Source: an uncultured Gammaproteobacteria bacterium
GTDB taxonomy: Bacteria; Patescibacteriota; Patescibacteriia; 2-12-FULL-60-25
Length of the DNA: 43,824 nucleotides
Reading direction: 5' to 3'
NCBI GenBank assembly: GCA_964425575.1
Contig: CAYRMN010000006.1
Location: forward strand, 1,140 to 44,963
The position numbers and the translations under genes were made by a program. A model generated the notes under the pieces. It did not search any database. It was not told the DNA's origin and saw only the letters and a list, made by a program, of their open reading frames with translations. Below, in pieces: positions 1-9,129 of the stretch (position 1 is its first letter; every line of letters starts with the position of its first letter).

Positions 1-48
1 TGCGGACCGATTGTTAGCACGCCTCGGTCTGTTGCTCGCGTAACATCG

Positions 49-1584
49 GTGATCGAGGTTAGCGCGCGTTTGCAGCAGGTGCGACAGGAGGCGCTCTCGC
101 AAAACGGTGAAGGCCCGGAGTTCGTTTTCTACATGTCGCTTCTGCAGCTCGATCCTGTCGCGGTGAAGAGTTTTGCCCCTGAATTAGATCAAGGGATCAA
201 TAATGGTGATGTGAATTTGAGGCCACTGAGCGTATTCTTGAAAGACCATACTCGTTGGGGCCTCTACAAGGCGTGCGTCTACGCTCGTCGGCAAGAACAG
301 GAGGCAGAGAAAAGATGGCGTGCTTCCTACGATGAAGGCTCCTCACGTGATCTTGCTACATGGAGGGAACGCATCTATCGCGCCGCTCATATCCTTTTCG
401 TGCTTGTTGTCGAGGCGCAAGAGGGTGACTGGCGGGCAACGGCTCGCTATGTGATTTCCAACTGCGGGAATGATGAACGGCTGCAACAAGCCTATCGTCC
501 CTATGCGTCCGCTCCTCGCGCCGCATCGTTGGTGCGTGAGCACTCGGTTATCAGCCTGTTTGATGGCTATGACGCATCATCTGATCAGGAGCGATATGAC
601 TACGCGACCACATGGTGTACGGGTCAGATTTCACACAGCTCCAACGACGTTGTGACGGTTGAGCTATGCATAAGTCAGCTTCTCGAAGCGTTGTATGCGG
701 CAGAGAAGCGGGGATACGATACGCAATTCGTTGCCGACCTGCTCTATACCTATCAACTCAAACTTGCCGAGCTGGATGGATCTACTGACCACAGGCAGGC
801 TGGGTATGCCGCAGAGCGAGCGGCCCGTATTGCTCAGCTCTTCAATCTATCTGCTCGAAGTATTCACACAGCTGTTCAGGTGGCTCTTGAGGAATATCGG
901 TCCGTTCCGCGGGAGAAGTGGGAAGCGTACGAGTACGGGGTCGGTTCGGATTTACTGCGACTTGCCACGAACTGGATCCTTAAGCCAGAGGACCATCAAA
1001 ATATCTGCGATTTGGTACGGCGCAATTATGAGCGTGATTGGTATCGTTTGCAGCCTGCCCTGCAGGAATGCGAAGCGCCGGCTACGGCGGAAGAAAAGTC
1101 CGCGCTACGTCCGTTATCTAAGGCGCCTATCTATCTCTCAGACTGGATGAAGAAGTTTCTCCGCGACTTTTCCTCCGAGAACATCGCTCGGTATATCCGT
1201 GTCGGTATTGCGGAATGTGCGCGTCATCAGACGCAGCTTTGTTCCACGGAGCCTATCGAAAGCTGTGGAATGAGTCAGGATCAAGATATCCGAGAGATGT
1301 TGGGAACCTGCGCTCAGGCGTATATCGTTGCAGCCGCGCTTCGCAATGGAGCGGATGAGCGTCAGGCGCTCGCACAGCAGGCTCTGCGATTTTACTTCGT
1401 GCAGGCGGAGAGCACGCAGCAGTATGCAAAGATGCTACTCCAGCAAGACCAGAAAGAAGCTCCAGATTGGTTTCATATCTCGCACTCCATTGCGTTGGAT
1501 GCAATCCTGATCGCCAATTCTGAAGGTCTCGCCGGAGAAGTCACTCGTTTTCGGCCTTTCCTACAAAGTCGTCTCATGCCCTAA
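49..1584 (+). CDS. hypothetical protein (looks helical and cytoplasmic); possibly 5'-truncated by the window edge
   Basis: 511-codon ORF. The frame stays open back to nt 1, so the true start may lie upstream (GTG at 49, first ATG at 133). No motif recognised. Elevated G+C. A hairpin plus T-run follows at 1591-1640. Confidence 0.5.
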   Translation: MIEVSARLQQVRQEALSQNGEGPEFVFYMSLLQLDPVAVKSFAPELDQGINNGDVNLRPLSVFLKDHTRWGLYKACVYARRQEQEAEKRWRASYDEGSSRDLATWRERIYRAAHILFVLVVEAQEGDWRATARYVISNCGNDERLQQAYRPYASAPRAASLVREHSVISLFDGYDASSDQERYDYATTWCTGQISHSSNDVVTVELCISQLLEALYAAEKRGYDTQFVADLLYTYQLKLAELDGSTDHRQAGYAAERAARIAQLFNLSARSIHTAVQVALEEYRSVPREKWEAYEYGVGSDLLRLATNWILKPEDHQNICDLVRRNYERDWYRLQPALQECEAPATAEEKSALRPLSKAPIYLSDWMKKFLRDFSSENIARYIRVGIAECARHQTQLCSTEPIESCGMSQDQDIREMLGTCAQAYIVAAALRNGADERQALAQQALRFYFVQAESTQQYAKMLLQQDQKEAPDWFHISHSIALDAILIANSEGLAGEVTRFRPFLQSRLMP

Positions 1585-1590
1585 CCACTC

Positions 1591-1640
1591 GCCTCCGAAG
1601 CCACGGCTCGCCTCCCCCGTGTTCCTCGGAGGCATTTTTC
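1591..1640 (+). terminator. rho-independent terminator candidate
   Basis: GCCTCCGA (1591-1598) pairs with TCGGAGGC (1626-1633), followed by ATTTTT. Lies directly after the stop of the 49..1584 ORF. Confidence 0.55.
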
Positions 1641-1666
1641 GTATAAAAAATGAAAGGAAACTTAGC

Positions 1667-1696
1667 TTGACAAAGTAGAGCAAATATGTTTATATA
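1667..1696 (+). promoter_or_regulatory. sigma70-type promoter
   Basis: TTGACA (1667-1672), 17-nt spacer, TTATAT/TATATA (1690-1696). About 45 nt upstream of the SD (GGGAGGA) and ATG at 1743. Confidence 0.6.
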
Positions 1697-1742
1697 CAGC
1701 CACGTAACCGCCATTTTCGGCGGATGAACAGGGAGGATTTCG

Positions 1743-2879
1743 ATGCTCTTTTCCATGAATATCTCGAGGATGTTCGCTGCCGTGCTCGCGTTGGCGCTGA
1801 CCTGCCTCTCCACGGGGCGTGTCGCCGAGGCAGCACCGCCACAACCGACCTCGCCAGGGTCAGCGGCATCGGGAGCACACGGCGATCTGCCGAAACCGCC
1901 CCTGTCGGTCCCGAAACCCGCCGCTCCGAAGCCGCCGCCGTCTGCCAAGACGCCGCCGGCGAAGCCCGCTCCGAGCGTCAGCCCGCTCCCGGTTGCGGCG
2001 CCACAAGTGGATCCGCTCGTGGATCCATTCAGGAAGCGCTACAACGGGCTTGTTGCAGGAGACTACGGTGCCATCAAGGCGTCGACGAACCTTCTGTACG
2101 GTCTGGTTGGAACCTACGATGAGTGGAAGACCGTCGACCGGATTCTCCTGGCGGGCATGCCGAACAAGCAGCATTGGAAGCCTGCTCCGTACATGCTGGC
2201 CGTCATCAACGACCTCGAGCGCTCGATGTGCCAGGATATTTACGGGTACAGTGGATATTTGGAGGGTGTGACCCAAGAGGAGCGTGAGAAGAAGCGTGAA
2301 GTGTGCCAGTCCCGTTGGGAGGGACACCACAAGGTCACGGGAGCTCTCTTGGCCTACGTGTACGTGAAGGAGAACGCTGCACACTTCACGTCGAACGATG
2401 GTGTCATAGCGCTCAACATCGCGCACAAGGCGCTCGCGACCGTGCATGAGCTTAGTGGGGCTGCTGATCTGGGGGCCTGGATCCAGGCCAAGCTCAACGA
2501 TCAGGGCAAGGCTGATGCCAAAGCTCTGTTCACCGCAGAATACGTGGCTCCCGATTATCGGTCGGCCGCCATCGACGCCTGTCGCTACGATCTTGACGCC
2601 GCCTCGCTCGAGAAGGCGCTCAACGGTCTCGCGGCTGCCGGCAAGTCCAGTGACGAGGATCCGCGCTGGACGAAGTGGAAGGTCGATGCCCTCGCCGCGC
2701 GCAAGGCCGGCAAGTCCTGCTGGGACATTGGCTGGCGCTACCTCAGCGCCGAGACCGAATGCAAGGACAATAGGGTGCGCATCTACTATACGGACGAGGA
2801 TGCATGCCAGCTCACAGGTCCGGTTGTTCTGGAGTTTCCGAACGACCGGACGAAGGCTCGACAACTCGACATCTACTGA
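1743..2879 (+). CDS. secreted hypothetical protein with a Pro-rich linker and a Cys-containing globular domain
   Basis: Signal-peptide-like N-terminus MLFSMNISRMFAAVLALALTCLSTGRVAEA. Pro/Ala/Lys-rich stretch PKPPLSVPKPAAPKPPPSAKTPPAKPAPSVSPLP. Six Cys in the mature part. GGGAGGA SD 7 nt before the ATG. High G+C with GC-rich third positions. Confidence 0.7.
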   Translation: MLFSMNISRMFAAVLALALTCLSTGRVAEAAPPQPTSPGSAASGAHGDLPKPPLSVPKPAAPKPPPSAKTPPAKPAPSVSPLPVAAPQVDPLVDPFRKRYNGLVAGDYGAIKASTNLLYGLVGTYDEWKTVDRILLAGMPNKQHWKPAPYMLAVINDLERSMCQDIYGYSGYLEGVTQEEREKKREVCQSRWEGHHKVTGALLAYVYVKENAAHFTSNDGVIALNIAHKALATVHELSGAADLGAWIQAKLNDQGKADAKALFTAEYVAPDYRSAAIDACRYDLDAASLEKALNGLAAAGKSSDEDPRWTKWKVDALAARKAGKSCWDIGWRYLSAETECKDNRVRIYYTDEDACQLTGPVVLEFPNDRTKARQLDIY

Positions 2880-3032
2880 TCCCGCGCCTCTGACCGGAGG
2901 CGCCACGCTCGCACTCGTGCGACGATCGAAGCATTCTCTTGAACGCTTCGGCGTCGAGCGAGTGCTTCTTTCGTTACAAAGAAAACGTGTATACTAAAAA
3001 TACAGGAGTTTTATTCCTCAACTTCTATTGGT

Positions 3033-3344
3033 ATGTCTACATTTGATGAGCTTGATCGTCGGTTGCGGGAGACTGATCGCGTATTTGATCATGTCTACGA
3101 GGAGAAAAAACGCGAGACCTCGGACGAGCGCGCTCGGCTGGAGCGGGAATGGGCTGAGATGGAGGCTCGAGAGCGCGAGCTGGAGGAGCGAAGCACGACT
3201 GCGCGTCGGATGCATGACAATGCAAGCAGCAAACTGCAATATATGCGCGACAATATCGAAGCAATCACTGAGCGTGATGAGTATGATCTTGAAGCAGCGA
3301 CGACAGGCTTTGAGCGCGTGATTGAAGAGCTGCGGAGATTTTAA
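3033..3344 (+). CDS. small charged coiled-coil protein, function unknown
   Basis: 103 aa, rich in E/R heptad-like sequence (RARLEREWAEMEARERELEERS). Its 3' end overlaps the convergent proS stop by 4 nt. No family recognised. Confidence 0.5.
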   Translation: MSTFDELDRRLRETDRVFDHVYEEKKRETSDERARLEREWAEMEARERELEERSTTARRMHDNASSKLQYMRDNIEAITERDEYDLEAATTGFERVIEELRRF

Positions 3345-4762
3345 TAGGCTTGAGCAAAGTACCACTTTTCCGTGGCTGGTTTTCCGCAATAGATACAAGT
3401 ACCTTCTCCAATATCATTGGTAAAGCATCGCGTGGTGGCTTTTGTTTCTTCTTTGATGGATTTCTCACAGGCAGGGCTCCCGCACCAGAATGCCTTCAGA
3501 AACCCTCGTGTGGTGTTCATCCCTTCCTTGAAGGCCTCATAGGTTTCAACCGTATGCAGGTTGTCTGCAAGGAGCTTTTCTGCTTGGCGAAACAGTTCTG
3601 TTTGAATGTTGGTTAAGCAATTTCCCGCTTCTTGTACGAGACTTGTCAGCGCAACCGTCATTGCTTCCCCGGTATCACGACGAACCATTTTGACGGCACC
3701 CGCCTCTAATTCACGCTTGCCGATTTCAATGCGAAGCGGCACGCCCTTGAGTTCCCATTTATTGATTTTCCAACCGATTGATTCATTATCCTGTTCATCA
3801 ATTTTGACGCGATAGCCCGCTTCTTCAAGTTGCGCGGCGAGTGTTGTACAGCCAGCAAGAATCTCATCTTCTAAACGCACCGGTAGAATAACGATTTGTG
3901 TTGGGGCAAGTTTTGGAGGTAATCGCAAGCCTTTGTCGTCACCATGAACTAAAATGAGTCCGCCAATGGAGCGCGTTGAAAGTCCCCAGCTCGTTTGCCA
4001 GACGTGTTTCAACGTTCCATCTTTATCTTGAAATTCAATACCGAATGACTTGGCAAAGTTTTGACCTAGGTCGTGTGATGTGCAGCTCTGAAGTGCCTTG
4101 CCTTCAGGCATCATCATTTCATAGGTCATGGTCATATCTGCCCCAGCGAATTTTTCTGCATCAGATTTTTTTCCGAGAAGACCCGGAATCGCAAAAATGT
4201 CTCGATAGAGTTTGGCGTACGTTTCAATAGCCCAGCTTACCGTAGCAAGTGATTCTTCGTGAGTCGCATGAGCTGTGTGTCCTTCTTGCCACAAGAATTC
4301 ACTTGTCCGCATGAATAGGTAGGTTCGTTTTTCCCAGCGCACGACGTTGTTCCATTGGTTGATTTGTAGCGGAAGGTCACGCCACGACTTGATCCATTTG
4401 GCATACGTGTCGTACATGATGGTTTCGCTGGTTGGTCGAACCACGAGGCGTTCTTGCAGGACTTCATTCCCACCAATCGTAACGACGGCGAGTTCTGGTG
4501 AAAAACCTTCCACATGTTCCTTCTCGCGATTCAACAGAGACTCAGGAATGAGCATTGGAAAATAGGCATTTTCAACACCATGCTTTTTGATCTCTTTGTC
4601 GAGCTGACGTTGAATTTCTTCCCAGATGGCATAGCCATACGGTCGCAAAATCATGGTGCCTTTGGCTGGACCATAATCCGCTAGTCCTGCCTGAAGTACG
4701 ACCGCGTTATACCAGCCGGAGAGATCTTCGGAACGTGAAGGGAGTTGTTTTTGGAATGCCAT
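3341..4762 (-). CDS. proS: prolyl-tRNA synthetase, archaeal/eukaryote-like type
   Basis: Class II aaRS core (SGWYNAVVLQAGLADYGPAKGTMILRPYGYAIWE, FLWQEGHTAH). Anticodon-binding domain. C-terminal Cys-rich module ending in WYFAQAY. Start placed at the ATG at 4762 (MAFQKQLPS) rather than the longest ORF start at 4801. Confidence 0.93.
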   Translation of the reverse strand: MAFQKQLPSRSEDLSGWYNAVVLQAGLADYGPAKGTMILRPYGYAIWEEIQRQLDKEIKKHGVENAYFPMLIPESLLNREKEHVEGFSPELAVVTIGGNEVLQERLVVRPTSETIMYDTYAKWIKSWRDLPLQINQWNNVVRWEKRTYLFMRTSEFLWQEGHTAHATHEESLATVSWAIETYAKLYRDIFAIPGLLGKKSDAEKFAGADMTMTYEMMMPEGKALQSCTSHDLGQNFAKSFGIEFQDKDGTLKHVWQTSWGLSTRSIGGLILVHGDDKGLRLPPKLAPTQIVILPVRLEDEILAGCTTLAAQLEEAGYRVKIDEQDNESIGWKINKWELKGVPLRIEIGKRELEAGAVKMVRRDTGEAMTVALTSLVQEAGNCLTNIQTELFRQAEKLLADNLHTVETYEAFKEGMNTTRGFLKAFWCGSPACEKSIKEETKATTRCFTNDIGEGTCIYCGKPATEKWYFAQAY

Positions 4763-4813
4763 ATTAAGGTGGATAATAGGTGACGCTGTCTGAATTGGCA
4801 AATCAAATGAGAG

Positions 4814-4886
4814 GTGTCATTCCCGTGAAAACGGGAATCTTGTTCGAGTGGTCTGATGAAGATTCCCGCCTGCGCGGGAATGACAC
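4814..4886. repeat. palindromic intergenic repeat, family C (GTCATTCCCG...CGGGAATGAC), copy 1
   Basis: Two hairpins (cattCCCGtgaaaaCGGGaatc and gattCCCGCctgCGCGGGaatgac) enclosed by the outer arms GTGTCATTCC/GGAATGACAC. A second copy lies at 33566-33633 and a half copy at 17258-17281. Confidence 0.8.
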
Positions 4887-4951
4887 AGGGTAGACGATAA
4901 CAAAATCACTCCCTATGCAGGAAGTGATTTTTTTTATTTTTTGATGTGCGA

Positions 4952-5257
4952 TTACATCGCGGCTGGAGCCGATGTTTCTTTGTGTTTCAATGCGTCCTTG
5001 AGACCCTTCCCTGCCTTAAATTTTGGAACAGTTACAGAAGGGATTTGAATCTTCTGAGTTGGATTCTGAGGGTTGACGCCTGTACGGCCAGCACGTTGCT
5101 TGGCTGAGAAGGCTCCGAAACCGGCAATGTTGACTTCGCCGCCTTTTTTAAGAGTTTCGACAACAACTTCAACAAACATTTCAACCATGTCTTCGGCCTG
5201 TTTTTTGGTAACACCGACCTTATCTGCCAAGTATGAGATGAGTTCTGCTTTGTTCAT
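4952..5257 (-). CDS. hup: HU-family DNA-binding protein
   Basis: MNKAELISYLADKVGVTKKQAEDMV...FGAFSAKQRAGRTGVNPQNPTQKIQIPSVTVPKFKAGK. Full-length HU/IHF fold with a short C-terminal tail. Confidence 0.93.
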   Translation of the reverse strand: MNKAELISYLADKVGVTKKQAEDMVEMFVEVVVETLKKGGEVNIAGFGAFSAKQRAGRTGVNPQNPTQKIQIPSVTVPKFKAGKGLKDALKHKETSAPAAM

Positions 5258-5305
5258 AAGAAAAAATTAATGGATGAGTACATGGGGAGTATAGCATTTT
5301 TTCGC

Positions 5306-6115
5306 TTAGACATCAATCATTTTGCGAATACGGTCAAGATGGATGGCTTTTTTTGTGTTGATATCTACTTCAATCAAGATGCCATTTATTTCTGCAACTC
5401 CTGATGTTGGAAGGCCATAATTTTGCTGAGATTCGCCTAAAAATCGTTTTATGGCCGACGTTTTTTCAAAACCAATGACTGAATCATGACAGCCACAGCG
5501 GCCAACATCGGTCACATAGGCTGTGCCACCTGGGAGGATCTTAGCGTCAGCTGTGGCTACGTGGGTATGTGTGCCAACAACTGCGCTGACTTTTCCGTCG
5601 GCATAATGCCCTAATGCTTCTTTTTCTGCTGTGGCTTCAGCGTGAAGGTCGATCAGGATGGCATGCGGCTGGTTCGTTTCATGCTTGGCGAGTAGTGCAT
5701 CGAGCGCGGTAAACGGAGAGCTGGTTTCTGAATGAGTGAATAATTGTCCCATGAGATTCCCAACCACGACACGTACTCCATCTTTGATAATCAGAACCGA
5801 GTTATTGCCATTTTTCGCGCCTCCATAGTTGGTCGGCACAATCATGCGATTTTTCCATTCTGGATCTTCAAACAGAGGAACGCCAAGGGGATTGCCCCAA
5901 GAATGATTACCGCCAGTAAATGCGTCTACTCCAGCTTGTACGAGCTCCTGTAGGGTTTTCTGCGTTACGCCCGCGCCATGCGCAAGATTTTCAACATTGG
6001 CGATGATAATGTCTGGGCGATGTTTTGTTTTTAATTCAGGCAGAGCTTTGATGAGAGCGGTTCGGCCAAGCGAGCCGACAATGTCACCAAAAAAGAGGAT
6101 ACGAAAGGAGGGCAT
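5306..6115 (-). CDS. ymdB: YmdB-family metallophosphoesterase (2',3'-cyclic-nucleotide phosphodiesterase-like)
   Basis: FFGDIVGSLGR, ANVENLAHGAG, GGNHSW, DLHAEATAEK and GTHTHV motifs, arranged as in TIGR00282/YmdB proteins. Confidence 0.9.
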   Translation of the reverse strand: MPSFRILFFGDIVGSLGRTALIKALPELKTKHRPDIIIANVENLAHGAGVTQKTLQELVQAGVDAFTGGNHSWGNPLGVPLFEDPEWKNRMIVPTNYGGAKNGNNSVLIIKDGVRVVVGNLMGQLFTHSETSSPFTALDALLAKHETNQPHAILIDLHAEATAEKEALGHYADGKVSAVVGTHTHVATADAKILPGGTAYVTDVGRCGCHDSVIGFEKTSAIKRFLGESQQNYGLPTSGVAEINGILIEVDINTKKAIHLDRIRKMIDV

Positions 6116-6144
6116 AGAAGAATAGTTGGATGGTAGCAGGTTTG

Positions 6145-6206
6145 TCTAAAACGAAAAGCGCGCCCGTCACGACCGAGAGCAGGGCAATCACGATCGTGAC
6201 GCGGCT
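6145..6206 (-). terminator. rho-independent terminator candidate for the 6225..6695 cassette
   Basis: On the minus strand CGTCACGA pairs with TCGTGACG (plus flanking GC pairs), followed by CTTTTCGTTTT. Lies directly after the stop at 6225. Confidence 0.55.
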
Positions 6207-6224
6207 TTTCGGCGCGACGAGGCG

Positions 6225-6695
6225 CTAGGGGCGAGGGGGATGAGCGGAGCCGCTCGTCATCGGCGTGACCTGGTGTGCGAGGCAGCAGCCTGTGGTGTTG
6301 AAGCAGCTCGCGGCGTCACGTTTCTGTGCCATACAGCTCGAGTTCATGGAACAGAAGTAATGCTGGCAAGTGTCGGCAACATGGGCGCCGATGACCGTGC
6401 CGTCCTCGTCGCTCAGCGTGCCGATGAAGTGGAGACCAGGGTTGTCCTCGATGCTCGTAATCGCGATCGGACTGCCCTGATCGCAGACGAAGCCGATGAC
6501 CTCCGCGCCCTTCTTGCAGCCGACGAGCGGCCGAGCGGGCGGTTGGGGAGCTGCTTCTGTCTCCTCGAAGAGGGAGTACACGAAGCTGATGAAGGGGAGC
6601 GCGACTTGCCAGATGAAGCAGCCAGCCCCAAAAAGGAGCGCTGCGATGGCCAGCGGAACGACCCAGTCTGAATTGTTCGGTTTTTTCGGTGCCAT
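6225..6695 (-). CDS. membrane-anchored Cys-rich hypothetical protein
   Basis: Start taken at MAPKKPNNSDW (ATG at 6695) with AAGGA upstream. One N-terminal TM helix (WVVPLAIAALLFGAGCFIWQVALPFISFVYSLF), then a domain with about 8 Cys (CKKG, VCDQG, CQHYFCSMNSSC, SCFNTTGCC). High G+C. Confidence 0.6.
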   Translation of the reverse strand: MAPKKPNNSDWVVPLAIAALLFGAGCFIWQVALPFISFVYSLFEETEAAPQPPARPLVGCKKGAEVIGFVCDQGSPIAITSIEDNPGLHFIGTLSDEDGTVIGAHVADTCQHYFCSMNSSCMAQKRDAASCFNTTGCCLAHQVTPMTSGSAHPPRP

Positions 6696-6746
6696 GACGA
6701 TCGTCCTTTCGTTTAACCCGTGTAGAAACAGCAATATTGCATCGAT

Positions 6747-6775
6747 ATATAAGCAGAAAACTAGTGGACTGTCAA
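6747..6775 (-). promoter_or_regulatory. sigma70-type promoter for the 6225..6695 cassette
   Basis: On the minus strand: TTGACA (complement of 6770-6775), 17-nt spacer, TTATAT (complement of 6747-6752). A plus-strand TATAAT at 6789-6794 suggests a divergent promoter for the 6838 gene. Confidence 0.6.
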
Positions 6776-6837
6776 ACTATCTTTACTTTATAATGATCGT
6801 TGTCGAGGTTTTTCAAAATGATCTATACTCCCATTGT

Positions 6838-8028
6838 ATGAACCCTCGTTTTGAGCAGATTTTGCAGGGATACTCCCAATCCGCCAAGGATATTGCGGCT
6901 AATAGAAAAAAGGGCGACGTGAGTGATGAGGCGACAAAACAACGGGACGCACGTTTACATACAGCTGCACATGAGCGCGCATTAGGTGAAGATAGAACGC
7001 CGCGAAATACCTATGAAGAAGTCGTTGTTGAGGAATACTTCAAATCCCACCGGCGTATTTATGAGATTCAAAACAAGAAACAAAAAATCATGGATTGGCT
7101 GCATGCGCAGTTACAGCGTCTTGATGATCTTGAAGATTCAAACGAATGGCTCGATAGCAGGACGGAACAAGAACAGAAAGAAAGAAAACTTGTGCGATCA
7201 ACTGTGTATCGAGAGGGTGAGTTTTATTGCCAGGAGGAGCGTCATGCGGTTGATATTGGAACGATTTTGACAGATGGAGAGTGGGGAATTGGATATCGTT
7301 TTCAGGTTCAGGCTGAATCACGTTTATTGATCAAAAAGTATTTGGTGGCCGAGGCAAAACGGAAAATTCAAGTGTTACTGGATGATCAAATCATTGAGGA
7401 AGAGCTGACTCGAGCGGCAGTACGGAATGATCAAAAAGGCGCGTCAGCTTTTGAGACGTTGAATCATCGTTTGAAAGTTGAAGATTTGTCGGGTGGGGCG
7501 ATCGCCGAAAAGATGACGCGCGCCTTGTTGAGTAAAATGGCTATTTCCGCCGGTCTGGATTTTGAGGTCCTACGCGCGGATGCCTATGACGACGTACGTG
7601 GCAAGGTTGATTTTATTGTTCGTCGGAAGAACTATCGTCGAGGGGTAAAGGTTGAGGCAAATCAAAGCAGCAAGACGACAGGGATTCAATTTACGATCAA
7701 CGATACCGCTGAGAACATGTTAACCAAACAATATCAGCTTGATCGTGTACGTGAACGTAAAATGGCGGAGCATATTGTGGATGATGTTGTGCTCGTAAGT
7801 ATCCCGCTGTTTCAAGTGACAAACCTTTATCTGCAGTGGAAGGAGCAGGGTCGTCCCTGTGGCGGACCGGATGCATTGTGGGATGAAGAAACAAAATGGC
7901 AAGTTTTTGACCAAGTTTTGCGTGGGGTGTATTCGGATCGAGAAATTGATGAACAGTGGCAGACGTATCAAATAGCAATTGGGGGAGGATCGGAGCAGGG
8001 AGGGGGAGAGGAGCGGGAGGCGGCTTGA
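6838..8028 (+). CDS. hypothetical protein (396 aa), backbone-like composition
   Basis: Start chosen at MNPRFEQILQGY (ATG at 6838). The longer ORF-track start at 6496 runs antisense through the 6225..6695 gene. Charged coiled-coil N-terminal half. No motif confidently recognised. Confidence 0.6.
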   Translation: MNPRFEQILQGYSQSAKDIAANRKKGDVSDEATKQRDARLHTAAHERALGEDRTPRNTYEEVVVEEYFKSHRRIYEIQNKKQKIMDWLHAQLQRLDDLEDSNEWLDSRTEQEQKERKLVRSTVYREGEFYCQEERHAVDIGTILTDGEWGIGYRFQVQAESRLLIKKYLVAEAKRKIQVLLDDQIIEEELTRAAVRNDQKGASAFETLNHRLKVEDLSGGAIAEKMTRALLSKMAISAGLDFEVLRADAYDDVRGKVDFIVRRKNYRRGVKVEANQSSKTTGIQFTINDTAENMLTKQYQLDRVRERKMAEHIVDDVVLVSIPLFQVTNLYLQWKEQGRPCGGPDALWDEETKWQVFDQVLRGVYSDREIDEQWQTYQIAIGGGSEQGGGEEREAA

Positions 8029-8050
8029 GGATTTTTTCATCAGCTTTTTT

Positions 8051-8139
8051 TGTCATTCCGACCGAGGAGTTGGATGACGAGCGGAGGAATCCCTTCGAAG
8101 GGGTCCCTCGGCTCCGTCAGACTTCGCTCGGGACGACAG
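8051..8139. repeat. palindromic intergenic repeat, family B, copy 1
   Basis: TGTCATTCCGACCGAGGAG...GCGGAGGAATCCCTTCGAAGGGGTCCCTC...CGCTCGGGACGACAG. Near-identical copy at 21539-21627. Contains the perfect 12-nt palindrome CCCTTCGAAGGG. Confidence 0.85.
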
Positions 8140-8200
8140 TAGTCGTGTCTTTTTGGCTTTAGAGAGCGGGCGCGTTTGTTTTGGCAAACATCAAGTAAAC

Positions 8201-8229
8201 TTGACAAACTTTCAAAAAAGCGCTATACT
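8201..8229 (+). promoter_or_regulatory. sigma70-type promoter
   Basis: TTGACA (8201-8206), exactly 17-nt spacer, TATACT (8224-8229). Leaves a ~140-nt leader before the ATG at 8377. Confidence 0.65.
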
Positions 8230-8333
8230 TTTTATTCAGAATACCAGAGCCGTACCTTACACGTTTTGCAGGTAACCATGAGGAAATACTCGTTTTTTCA
8301 TGGGTGCCTGCAAAGGCAAAAAACCACCCGCCG

Positions 8334-8376
8334 CACGGACGGAATCCGTGTAAGACCCATAGCCCAGGAGGCTCTC
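8334..8376 (+). promoter_or_regulatory. conserved 5'-leader hairpin plus SD (copy 1)
   Basis: CACGGA-cggaa-TCCGTG, then TAAGACCC...GCCCAGGAGGC, then ATG. Same layout with compensatory stem changes at 9130-9180. Confidence 0.5.
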
Positions 8377-8961
8377 ATGAAGCGTTTCCCTCTCGTGTTC
8401 GTCCTCGGCCTCATCGCCTGTCTCTCCATCCTCGCCGGTTGCGCGGATGTTCTCCCGAACACCGCTGATCCCCAGGCTTTCGTCGAGGAGCGCTGTGCCG
8501 AGATGGCCGAGGGATACGGCGTGCGGGTCGACCTCTGGAACGATCCGACCGCCCTTTCAGAGGAGCAGCAGAAGAAGCTTCCGGAGTGGATGCCCGCCTC
8601 GATGACTGTCGAGGGTGCGGGTGTCGATCCCATCATCTGCGAACTGAACGAGAGTGGCACGTCGATCGTCTGCCCTCTCGATGTTCAGGAGGGCGACATC
8701 CGACAGCTCCGGCTGCGCGATCAGGACGAGTCCATCCCGTACGAGAAGTACTTCGGTTGGAACTGCCACCGCGGGACCAGTGATCAACCCGACGAGCGCT
8801 ACGGCCTCGGGATCTTGCAGATGCTCGCCTGCAGCGATGGGAAGCCGGTCGGCTTCATCGATAACTGCGGGGCGTCCAATCCCGCGCTCAAGGACCTTGG
8901 GGTCACCCCCGCGGTCAATGTCGTCACCCTCACAGTCGGGACGACTCCCCCCTCCAAGTAG
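8377..8961 (+). CDS. lipoprotein, Cys-rich, function unknown
   Basis: MKRFPLVFVLGLIACLSILAGC has a lipobox (LAGC). AGGAGG SD lies 6 nt upstream. Seven further Cys in the mature part. High G+C (39/60 at 8401-8460). Confidence 0.7.
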   Translation: MKRFPLVFVLGLIACLSILAGCADVLPNTADPQAFVEERCAEMAEGYGVRVDLWNDPTALSEEQQKKLPEWMPASMTVEGAGVDPIICELNESGTSIVCPLDVQEGDIRQLRLRDQDESIPYEKYFGWNCHRGTSDQPDERYGLGILQMLACSDGKPVGFIDNCGASNPALKDLGVTPAVNVVTLTVGTTPPSK

Positions 8962-9129
8962 CTCTTTCCCACCCTCGCCCCGAATCCCAAACTCAGGGGC
9001 AATCAAGCCTTGCCGCCCTGGCAGGCAACCACGGAGGAACACGCCCTGTGTTCCTCCGCCGATCCGAACTCATAATTATCGCGATTGTGAAGTTAGATCG
9101 GATGTACTGAAAAAAGTTCACACCCCGCG

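Noticed and set aside
1860-2906. 348-aa ORF antisense to the 1743..2879 gene
   Set aside because: This is a shadow ORF typical of GC-rich DNA. Its translation is Arg/Pro/Gly-rich and low in complexity, and it has no SD or promoter. The plus-strand ORF has a promoter, an SD, a signal peptide and GC-rich third positions.
6496-6837. N-terminal extension of the 6838..8028 gene (ORF-track start at 6496)
   Set aside because: The extension runs antisense through the GC-rich 6225..6695 gene and across both promoters. Composition and sequence character change abruptly at 6838, where a plausible ATG follows a TATAAT box.
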